A stretch of 64,000 bases of DNA from Trichoplax adhaerens (lineage: Eukaryota; Animalia; Placozoa): assembly GCF_000150275.1 (NCBI RefSeq), contig NW_002060956.1, forward strand, positions 1,734,280-1,798,279, given 5' to 3'. The notes beneath the pieces are model-generated. The model saw nothing but the letters and a program-made list of their open reading frames with translations. It was not told the origin of the DNA and ran no database searches. Below, one piece after another: positions 52,378 to 64,000 of the stretch (the first letter of the stretch is position 1; each line of letters opens with the position of its first letter). A program made the translations under genes and the position numbers.

Positions 52378-54403
52378 AAGATTGAACGTGAAGATTGCTT
52401 TCTATCGTTGAATGGGTTTTCACTCTATAAGCCAGAGTTAGTAACGATCTACATGATTTTTCTAATACTAATGCAATTTTTTCGCCATTAAAGCAGCCTA
52501 AAATTATTAATTGTTCATGGTTTACATTGTCCTACTACGATATCGTATAGACGAATTTATATTTTATACCCGTAGTTGAACATCATGGAATATGCGTACA
52601 AGTTACATTGGTGGGTATTTCCATCTGTATGATTGGATGAATAGTACAATTTTATTTCATGCAAATGAAATCAGGAAATAAAAGAGAAGCGCATATTATT
52701 TACATAATTAGTCGCATAATTATTATGATTTGTTAAGCTTCAAAAAATGATAAGGAAGCATGAAGATAAATTATGTCGATAAATGACTTGTTACGGATTA
52801 ACACTGCATAAAGATTGGTTTGAAGTATCATAGAAACTGTGTTCCGTAGCCATTATTAATGTTTCCTATAGGTATCCTGCTTATAAAACAGATCTATTTT
52901 ATCTAAAATTTAGTATCTTGAGAGTTAGACTAGATCAATATATAAAAAGTTTTAATTGAGAATCGTACTATACAAAGTATAAATTGAGTTTAAGAAAAGC
53001 TTGTAAAAATATTCCGACTAATGTAGCGTCTGTAAAATTTGATTTGTAATATGGAAACTACTCTCATCTAAATGGAAAGTCTTTACTAATTTACGTTTAT
53101 TCGTTAAAAATTCTATAATAATACTAGATGATCTTAATCTTCAAAATGATACGAAGGCTAGACTAATTCTCGGAGGGAACTTTAGAAGCTTACAAAAAGG
53201 CGCTTAAAGAAGACTTCCTTTCGCTCATTACGTCGGATTTACATGCGCGTATTTGCAATTTTTCTTTAAATGCTAGTATTGCTGTATAAAATTACAAAGA
53301 AACTATCGTAAAATTAGACATTGTATAGCTGCATTCCATATCAAGAACACAATTGATATACGAGTACAAGTTTGCGATCTGCTGCGTTTATGTCTTCAGC
53401 TAATGCCAGTTAGCAGTATGAGTTTAGAGATCAACATAGCTTATTAGCAGCATCTACATACATATTGATGACCGTTCAAGGCGGTAATAGTTCATTTTAA
53501 GTAAGGGAAGTCTAACTTACTATCAGAATAACAAGCATCATGCGATTGTACCTTGACCAGTTAAAAGGAAGCAACTCAGCAGCTCATGACCATTTATTTA
53601 TTTATTTTTGCTAAGGGAGTTTTAACCTGATATCAAAGTACTTTGTGTCTATTTAAAACTCTGTCAGTAGTGCAGCCCTGCATCACCCATGCTTTGGTTT
53701 TGATATGATTTAAAATAAATACAAACTATGGAATACCTTGGTAGCAGAGGTGCTACATTTGCTTAAAAGTATTACTGGATAACTTTAAGAATAAAGGCAA
53801 CATATACGCATTACATCCATCAATACTTTGCTTTATGACGTTGAATATCCTATAAGCTACTCATTAAACTGCAATACAAAGCTGAAATTACAGTATTCAT
53901 TTTCAAAATAATATTTGAATTATAGTATGGTAGTAATATAGTGACTAGTCAGCATCAGCACAACCTTTCTGTATGGAATTCTATAATGTAACTTATATAA
54001 AATTTATAATCGATTCTTTGATGATTTGTACCAGACGTTATTGAATTAGATCTTTATCATAAAATTCGATCAAGAAAATTCAAAATTTGTAGAAATAAGA
54101 ACCCTATTAGATCTAATACAAAGGTTAACTACACACAGCTCTACTCTAGCTGAGTACAACTACTAAAAAACTTATAGAAAAAACAAGCAGATAACCTAAT
54201 GTCGTCTGTTTTTATACTCTCCGCAGCCTTCGCAGATACAATCAGTATAGCAACATTTTAATTATTTTTATACGTAATCAAGTTATTATTAGTAACATTA
54301 TTTTACGGAGAATCATTATAAATTCAGTATAGAAACGATTACAGTATTTTCGTAGACATTATTCCTACCGCTCAAAGTACGATGAACTAACCACACCCTA
54401 ATA

Positions 54404-55564
54404 TCCCACCCATCCTCCCTTGAAACGAGCAGCGCGGGGGTATTTTTATACTACTGTTAGATGACTCTGATTATGGGTTCATTTCAATAGGTCAGTATAA
54501 GATTCTTGCAGTACTTTTTACCTCAACATTTCTTCATGTAAAACGAATAGCTCTAAGGCAGTAATTTCTACAGAGTACTGATTTTGAAATAGTATTCGTT
54601 ATATCGCTAAGGGTGGCCACTGGGCCTTTAAATTTTGATTTGATGTAATGCTCTGATGAAAATTGAATAAACATAGAATCTTTATAGTGTTTTCTACACA
54701 GCCATTTTGATTGTTACATTTCTTATAACACAACTAACGGTTGTTATCGACAGAGCAAGCTTTGCTTGCATACGCAAGCGATCCTTAGACACATTATAAT
54801 GATTGGTATAGAATTGACCACAGTACTAAGGGCATTATACCGCACTATAGATATCTTACAGTACCTGCTAATCTTAACTTGGCATATCCAGCAGCACAGT
54901 TCATTAGTTATCATAATGCGCTTTGGATTATTAACTAATCTTAATATAGCATAGTACATTACTATTACCGGGATATATATAATATCGAGTGATAATACTA
55001 TCTGTTAATTTTATTAACAAATTGAGCATAAACGTATATTTGACAGTTTCGCTTACCAACCTTAACATAGCATTAATACTGTATATAGTAACCATCCTTA
55101 TTCGGTAAACATACTAATACGAAAGTTACTTAAGGAAATTTGAAATTGGTATAGAAATGAATGATCTCTAGGGTTTATGTAAATATTATTGACAAGGTAT
55201 ACGTGATTGATACACATTCACAGGTACTATTAGTTTTATTGCTCTCATGCATTTCGTAGTGTTACCCTACTGTAGTTTCCCTGTCCCGGTTATTTTTGAT
55301 TGCTATATATCATATAACAAAAAGCAGTTCTAAGAGGATAATGTCAGTTAGTCAGCGATCTGATAGGCGAAAGCGAAGTGAACAACGTGGAAATGCACGA
55401 TCAGTACGTACATTAAATCAATCTGTTTTAAATATAATAGTACGCAGCCATTACCGGGATATATCTATATCTATATAATGTCGAATGGTTATACTATCTG
55501 TTAATTATTAACAAGTGGGTACATTATCGTAAACCGTCAGCAAAGCGACGGGAGTTTGGACTAG
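54404..55564 (+). mobile_element. Non-autonomous Helitron-like element, copy 2 (composite)
   Basis: ~54404-55020 and ~55450-55564 match the reverse complement of 8123-8832. 3' hairpin CCGTC-agcaaagc-GACGG (55534-55551), CTAG at 55561-55564, then T; possible A|TC 5' end at 54404. Confidence 0.65.
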
Positions 55565-56922
55565 TAAGACTTACAGTTCTACGGTATTTTTAGCTCTAAC
55601 CTTATTAGTAGCTCAACATCTTTATATAGTCATCCGTTCTCTAGTATAAGGTCTACCATTACAGTCTATATTTATGAGCTACTAAATATATCTTAAGATA
55701 AATATAGAAGCGACACTACCGTATATCATACTTAACATTGCTAATAGCCTACAATCACGATACTAAGTTACTTTACAATCTTAAATGACGTTATAATATC
55801 ATCAGGCTCTGCTTGTCGTATGCTATTAGAGATTTACTGTTATCGTATACATAATATGCAGTACATGTATATCTCGAGAATTCCTTAAATTCACACTCTC
55901 ATTTGTCAAATAAAGGCAGAATTTATATCTAGCATTTCAGTTTGAAATTGATAAACGGCAAAATTAAGTGGTGTTTAGTAAGCAGCAGCTTCTACGTGTT
56001 TTATGTATTTTCTGGTTAATACTGACGTCTGATTGGAAAACGTTCATTACTGGCGTTATCGTAGTCCCACGCTATGATACATGGTTATGTAAATTGTAGC
56101 TGTATCCAGATATTTAATAACCTAGCTAGCCAAATTATTTGATGGTTTTCTACATTAAAGATTAAGTAAGGCGATGTTATCTGAAATACTTTCATTTCTC
56201 ATATATTGGTAGTAAAGCGACGTTGGTAAGATAGTAACATTAGGATTAGTCCATTTAAATTTTCATAAAACATTTGCATATATGGCATTTGCTGAGAGTA
56301 ATGAAAAGCAGCTGCAAGACAAGATAATTACTTTTATATATTTATTATTTAACTAGTATATTATTCCTATTGTATGTGCTCTATGAAGTAAAACGCTAAG
56401 ATTAATACGATATCTTAATGTTGTAAAAGCTACTTCATAGATGTATCAGTAATCTATTAATAATATGGTAAGGGACAATAACAGCATTTCTATAAGATAA
56501 AATTTTAAACATCTTATAACGAGGTAGCTCTCAAGGACAAGAAAGCGCTAGAAGGAATATTTTTTATCGCACTGAAGCAAAAATTGGAAAAGTAAAAACT
56601 CGAAATTATTATTAATGATAATTATTAGTTAGAGGTTATAAGGAATACAAGTTACTATCACCAAGTTTGTGAAGTAAATTAATTTTACACGAATCGATCA
56701 TTCTATTTTAGAAATAGCGCAGCCCTGAAGTGTCTGAAAGTATTTCATAAATATGTATGCATAGGTTAGTCTGGTAGAAATTCTTTTCACGATCTGTAGT
56801 AGTAATATTGAAGATACACATTGCTACGAACTGTAGTAGCGACTCATGAAATCTATGCTGATATTCATGCTTGACATTTATCAGTCCTTATTATTTACAT
56901 TTCTTTCCTCTAAATTATCCTT

Positions 56923-59900
56923 TCAGTCGGTAATTGCCTCATCGGGTGGCAGGATATCAATAGCGTAGTGCAGACTTTTGCCAGTAAGCCAGCTAAAACT
57001 ATTGTCGAAGCAAAGAATATCTACCAATAAAAGAAAGTAAAATTATTCAAACTGAATGAATGTGTACGCGCAAGGCAACTGGGTAGAGTAAAATATATGC
57101 AAGTTTTTAAATTAATTTATTTTATATGGTTGATGGTTTACATGTTCCAGCATCTTCGCAATAATAATTGCCTTCTTCAAGAGTACTTTGACAACTTCGT
57201 CGAGCAATAGGGATCTATCAGCAACAAGGTCTTAAGATCAGATAAACGATCCAAATAATAAAAACTTTGTCATGTATTGATAGGATATTTGCCGCTTTTT
57301 TAATTATCTTAAACTGCCATACTCAATTGTTAATTTACTTGCAACTAGCCTAATTTCTGCTCGCTATATCTTGCAAAACTTTTTACTGAATATATATGCA
57401 TACTACTTTTAATATATAATACGCGTATTACTTTATTTTTACTCTTCTCCAGTCTTCTAATTCACTTACCACTTCATAATTTTCAATCGTTCCGTCTTCA
57501 TTTTCGATCACTTTGACAACACCAAAGCCAATATTATGATTTTCTGTCTTAAACTCCCACCTAAATTAGGTATTAAAAAGTCGGAAATATAAATAGGCCA
57601 ACACTCTACATATAGAAGTATTTGAATAGTGATTTAAAATTATTGTATGAACTCACTTCATTAAAGTACCAGGAATGTTAATGTCGAATTGTAATTTCAA
57701 AGTATCACCTCTAGCAATAGTAACCGTGGAATAATCTTCTTCGGAGCGGCTGTTTACTTTATTATTGCTCGATCGATAATAAGAGGTAGGTATTTCACCT
57801 CCATGGCCAACCTAGCAGTAAGCGATGTATACAAATATATTAATTAATGCACTATAGTATGAAAATGGGTTAATGTATCTTTATATTGTTCTTAATGTTA
57901 GCTAAAGTAACTCCTTACAATTGCCGAACATTGTGGATCACCATCGTCATCTACCTTGTTACCACCATAAATTTTAGGCAATGATTCGGCATGTATATGT
58001 TTTAAAAGAACTTGCTGGTAGTTACCTAAACGCAAAATCATGCCAAATATTAGAAACAGTCAGTAAAAATTAAAAGGGATTAATGTAGTAAAATCTGATT
58101 TCTAGTGAATGGGAACTATTCCAGTTGATGCCATATCTTTACTTCCTAATATGCGAATCTTTTCCTTCGTTTTTGGGCTAAGAAAGGGTTTCACAATAGC
58201 GTACACGATAAAAAATATTCTTGACGCTAAATAAGGGGATTTATAACCAATAATTTAGTCACTATGATGAATCGCTAAGCTTTATAGTTACGAAAATATC
58301 ATCGTGGTTAATAAAATTCCTAATTTTTTTATTATGATACCATTAACAACAAAAACATCCTTCATAAATTCAGGATAGTTATCTTCGAACATCCCCAATA
58401 CCTACAGAATTACGGTATGATTAAAACTAAAATTAATGGTGAATGGAAGTAGTCTTAATCGTGTAAATAACGTGTTTGAGCTAGCTACGCATACAGTACT
58501 AAGAATAATGCGTCATTTTAAAATATTTAATTAAAGAAATTTAGCAGCTGCTTTGGTATTACCTTAGCGAAATGGACCACAGCTACAAAATATAAAAAAT
58601 ATTCATTAATATTAAGCATATAGATGAAATAAAGCATTTTACGATCAAAAATTAAATATTCCTGAAAATAGGTTTAAATATACAGTATTCATGCCGTCCA
58701 CAATACTAATAGTAGCATAACTCTTACCAGGTTTATAGAAATTGCTAACGGTAAAACCTGACATGTCTTGAATTATAGTCACACCTTCTATTCTTTTGCC
58801 ATGCTGACCAAGAAAATATCCAGAATATCATAAAGCATATACTCGTATTTTAGACAGAAATTCATTCACAACGTTCTTAGGCCATACAAGCTATATTCAG
58901 TAGTAATTGCGATATAATTGATAAAGATTATTACGTTCCTACCTTTTGACTCTGCTCCTGGCACAATTTTGTACCTTCCTCAGCAATGGATAAGCTATAC
59001 TTTGTTAGTTCTTCTGGTCGAAGCGAATGATAAATACCTAAATAATCAACAATTAAGACAAAAAATTCATGGCGGTATTCTAGAATAGTGTGTTCTTGGT
59101 AAAGAAACTTAAAATTCTTTATATTAATCAAGATTAAAACTGCATGCTTTCCTAAATTCTAATATAAAGTATGAATGCGCTCTTATAAACTATTACAATA
59201 CTATAGCATTTAACCTTTTAGATCAAATCGTCCAGTACAAAATAAGTATAATGGTCCTTTATCTTTATTGTATCCAACATAATTTCCTGGGAAGTATTTT
59301 TTCCATATCTAACAAAATCAGAATGTTATTACTTGCGTTGGAGTTTCAATGGTAATTAAAAGTCGATGTTAAGAAATATTTTATATACAGTATCGATCCT
59401 GTTTGCTAATAAGCATGGAATGGGATATATCCGTAGATTTAATGCTATTTGGCTCGAAATAATCGATGAGACTTTAGAAAGATAATTGAAATTATATTAT
59501 AGAGTGTGGCGATGTTACCATATCGTTAGAATAGTACAGTAGTAGCTAATATGGAAAATATCCATATTCGTAGTGCTAGGTAAGATAAGTAATGCTTAAC
59601 GTAGACATTAATTGTGATAATTTATTACATATTTGACGTTGATTGTTATTATGTGTAGATAGTGGTAAGATGGTTCAAGTTCTAGTTAACGATAATTGAA
59701 CTAGACAAGATACATGCTTAGATTAAGATTAAGTATGTACCGATAAAAAAAGCTATGTAGGGAACGTCTTAGTTCGAGATGTCTCTCCTAGTAAGGTATA
59801 ATAATAATGCTGTTGTTTACAAATTATGCAGTTCCTATATAAACGGGAATATTTGAGATGGGTTGTGTGGTGAAAAGTTGTAGATGTGTCTATGCTAATA

Positions 59901-61488
59901 AGGGTTCTATCTTTACAGTACTTTGCAGTGTGTGTTTAGCGTTTAGTAAAGAGCGTTTAAGTTAAGTCAGTAGTTACTTATAAACTTTACTATATGTTTC
60001 CTTGTCGTAGAGTATAAATTGTGACATTGAATTATAAAGCATTGCTTCGTTATCCTCCTTCAATGAATATACACAGGCTTAAATAAATAATCAGTTTGAG
60101 GCTTCTCTACCTCCGGAATGCTATCTTCTGCTAGAACTCTGTCAATTTTCCATTCCTTTCGAAACCGGCAATGCTAAAAATAAATTAAAATTACACAACA
60201 GATGATTTTATTTCATCGAGACTATAAGTATGCAATTAAAAGATTGCTAGTTAATTTCTTATAGATGCAATTCGATTAGAAAATTATTAAATGAGAAACT
60301 AAAATTGTGAAATTTGGTAATTGTATTTAAGATAAAATAATGGAAAGATATTTAAATTTGTATAGTATCTTAACTATAATTATGTTATTAAAAGATTGCT
60401 AACTAATCTTTATAGACATATGTCGGTTAGTAAATATCAAATAACAAACTAAAAACAGCGACGTTTGATAATAGCATTTAAGGTAAAATAATAGCAAGAT
60501 ATATTAAATTTTTTATAAAACTATCGTATAATACAGTATCCTTGTCGTTATAATCGAAATAACGTTAACCTACAGTAGGCAAAAAATGAGTATGCTATAC
60601 AGGTAGGAGGAAAATCACCTTGCGCAGCATTTGTTCCGTTTTTTGTAGGTCGAAATCTCTCGCTAGATAATTTTTTAATCATAAAATTTGATTTATAATA
60701 TTACTATGTAAAAATTTTCATCATATTTATGTAGTCGTTACAACTTGAAGTAATTTTCCTATCCTAGTTATTTTACTTAATTTCAATGGATTAGCCGAGA
60801 CTGAGAATGTATCAGTGGCTACATTCGTGATTAATCAGAATCTACCAACGGCGACAGATAATAGTTCAATATAGCTAACCTCTAAGCCATCTCAACATGT
60901 AATAATCGTCTTCGAGTTCTTCTTGTGTAAGAATGTTTTCAACGTTTTGGCGAAACTGTAGAAAATGAAACGGTCGTCAAGTACAAGTAAATCGTGAATT
61001 GATGACAGTTGATTAAAAAGGATTAAACGATATCATTTGAATAAATGGTTTTATTATGACTTGTTTATGGCGTGTTGCAATTTTTATTAGGGTCTAGTTT
61101 AAGAAACTATAAAATGTATTAAGTCGGTTTTCTACAGTTTGCTACAGATTGATTTTAAATAAAGCGATAATTGTAAATCAATAATGATAGATGAGATGTT
61201 TTAGTAATCAATCTATTTGTCGAAGCAATGGCAAATTAATGAAGTCCTTTAAAAGTTAAGTTAAGTTATCTTAATTTAATGATTATTACGTCTATTTAGG
61301 CATTTTATTGAAATGAACGAAAACTTTTTCCTTACTCGCTTTGTAAAGTAAACTAATAAAAGCAAATTATCTTCTATATCTCGATTGAAATAACGTATTT
61401 TTCAGTAACATTTTAATCTATTATAAAATCTCACCTTATTCAATGTTTCTTGCTGATACGTGCTCAGATTACCAACATGGCCACTCAT
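56923..61488 (-). CDS. SEC14L2-like: SEC14-like lipid-binding protein C (CRAL-TRIO + GOLD), 15 exons, ~396 aa
   Basis: Exons: 61488-61435, 60955-60880, 60662-60619, 60173-60111, 59308-59215, 59037-58943, 58803-58728, 58582-58563, 58401-58341, 58226-58143, 58025-57919, 57811-57657, 57560-57470, 57214-57142, 57020-56923. Translation: MSGHVGNLSTYQQETLNK/FRQNV..DDYYMLRWLR/ARDFDLQKTEQMLRK..MFEDNYPE..FDNSFSWLTGK. Confidence 0.93.
59525..60040 (-). repeat. Dispersed ~520-bp repeat, copy 2, inside intron 4 of SEC14-like C
   Basis: Reverse complement of ~32960-33495. Confidence 0.85.
60221..60524 (+). repeat. Diverged tandem duplication (~152-bp unit) in intron 3 of SEC14-like C
   Basis: actataa.tatg..attaaaagattgcta..taat...ttataga...aaactaaaa...atttaag.taaaataat occurs twice, at ~60221 and ~60373. 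Confidence 0.8.
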
Positions 61489-64000
61489 CTTTTATGACTA
61501 TGTGTCGGATACTCTACATTTAAGGAAAAGATGTAATTGACGATGAGCAAATGCATTAAATAATAGCTTCTCTATTTCTGATGATAAGTCAGGTTGTGAC
61601 ATTAAACTGTATCATCGATAGATGGACGTATAAAAATTGTGTTATTTCTACTATCGTAAATGACGTATAGGAGATGTTGGTTCAATTATTTTATCCGCAG
61701 CAGCGTGTTAGATGTAAATAAATTTCCTTGGATAATAGATAGCTTGACATGTAAGGTAATAATGTTAAAACAAATTACATTCGTATGACTTGAGGGTGAA
61801 ATAAAAAAATGAAGCAAATTCTAACTGTAGAAAACATATCAGTGAGTATGATGGAATGTATAATAATCGATTAAAAATATCTCGGTCAAATTTAGAATGA
61901 AAAATTGTGTTTGAAGCGATTAGTTATAGAAATCTCTAGACTGATAATAAACAAATGCCTTTGACAAATGATATTGTGAAAATGAATTAGACATATATTT
62001 TTGGTTAGATAAAATAATGAAATTTAGATAACTATCACTATTAGAATAACAATTTTATCTAATTGTTTAAAATACTTAATTTCTAAATTTTATTTTGTAA
62101 TCAAAATGATTAGATATGTTACAATTGACAAACTCCTATCAGGAACTATTGGTTCAACGATGGGACGATACTGATGATCAACAATTCTCTTGACCGATTG
62201 GATATAGGCCAACGATTCATTTTCAATATGGTAACCATTCGTTAATGATATTAAAGTACTCGTTCAATCAGTCAAGACGATCCATTTTGCTTCTAGACTA
62301 AATAACTATGAATCGAAAAGTGAATTTATTTTTGCCGCTACTATCATAGAAACTTGAACGTAAAAACTTAGTTGATTAAAGAGATGAAGATCCACTGAGA
62401 GAAAAAAATATATGGGCTTGTTGTTGACAAGAAGTATTCATGTTCACTAGTTTCTTCTAAGCGTTGACTTACATGTTCCTTCAAGATGATGTCGACGCTG
62501 CAAATAAATCGATCAATAATTCTGTCAAGTTGGGCGTAATAGAATCACAATCAATGGAACGTTCAAGAGGGCTTTTATCCAATCTTAGATTCTTGCAATA
62601 ATAACGCCATATATATTGTGATAGACTTTGACGTATATATGATCAATCTTATAATGGCTTTGACAGCACTATTATTCGATAGTAAATGCTTATGAGAATA
62701 GCGATTGTATTACAGTATCTCGTATATTCGACAAGAATGCATTGTAATGCCAAATAGGCTATATTCTTTCTCTACAATTGCAATGGTCAATCCAACAAAG
62801 GCGATCAATGTATATGCCACTCTGTACTACACTAAATACGATATTATGCAATTACTTGGACATACATTCGAATCAATCAATAAGCCGTTGTTTCTTCTAT
62901 TTTCTAACTATGGTTTGAATAATTTACACCTTTACAGTACAGCTCAACGATAGCATATGAGCGAAGTTTATAGACAGATGGAAAAGGGAGGACATAGCGT
63001 ATCCCGACTATGTTATGTAGCAGTACAGTTCGAAGGATCTATGAATATGTACAGTATACCGGAGACAATACGAACCGTTTTCTCCATCCAAAATTGGTAA
63101 TTGGTAGTCCAAATACGTATGGGTAATATTGCATATTTGCCTATATCGCTACGCTATACGAAAAGACTGTAATAATTGGGAGTGAATCGTTGTTGTAACC
63201 GCCATGGTCTGTTCCGTAGTCTGAAACTCCTACTAGCGAATTAATTACAGAATAACAGAGTTCCGAGCAATCACAAATACATCTTATAGATCGATTATTT
63301 ACAGTCAAAGTTGAACTTAGTCTGCCAGGATAGTAGTTCAGAGTTCATTCAATCATAAAATAGCCTAAAAAGTATCATGTCAAATTTTACTACAAACTAC
63401 TAGATCATGTAAATGACAAGTATACCCAAGCATACACTTTTAACCAGTAAACAAGTACTTCTAAAAGTTTTGAACTATAATAACCTGCTTATCTATCGTT
63501 AATACAAATACTCCATTGCAGTTTTTAAACCGGCAATATAATGTTTTAATAGCCTGTGATTACGTCGATATAGAAGTAAAAAAAACTCTCTCATAAAGTA
63601 CAAATTGATATGTTTAAGTAACCGCCTATATTAATGAACACTTTATACGTGAAATCATAGCTCGTCTAATCATTTGCTATCATATTTTGAATCATGGATA
63701 TAAAATATTTATATGTAGTCCATTTTGCTAACTATAAACTACACTAAAGAATTAATTTAATAGTCTATTGATAATACTGTAATTCATTCAAGAGTATTTA
63801 CGCAATAATAAAAAATATTATACAACGCTGTAACAAGGAAGAAAACGTGACCGTACATAGGTCTTTGAATACAAGCAAAGTACCGATAGCATCCGTATTC
63901 TCTGAAACTATTTCGGTACGAAATAGTTACAGATTACGATATGAATATTCTTAAACGCTCATAATTATATCGCTGTCACAACCCTCACTTGTGGCAAAGG

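Noticed and set aside
62450-63180. Possible degraded TPR-protein pseudogene (QFEGSMNMY..., MGNIAYL)
   Set aside because: Only faint resemblance across broken frames; not supportable without blastx.

Overview
AT-rich, intron-containing animal genomic DNA; the low GC, short introns and LGR-like GPCR expansion suggest a placozoan such as Trichoplax (inference). Left part (1-23.5 kb): an array of single-exon, LGR/RXFP-like 7TM GPCRs lacking the LRR ectodomain. It has two intact genes, two or three eroded relics, a duplicated non-coding block (one copy carrying a 595-bp solo LTR with a 5-bp TSD), a Helitron-like element and a perfect 33-bp-arm hairpin. Right part (24-61.5 kb): three tandem minus-strand SEC14L2/3/4-like (CRAL-TRIO + GOLD) lipid-transfer genes, largely missed by the ORF track and rebuilt by hand as 15-exon genes with matching intron positions and a 20-nt micro-exon. 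Between the second and third lies a spliced gene for a probable mitochondrial, tandemly duplicated acyl-ACP-thioesterase-like (hotdog) protein, plus a frameshifted fragment of its last exon. No rRNA, tRNA or CRISPR array was seen. All alignments were made by eye.
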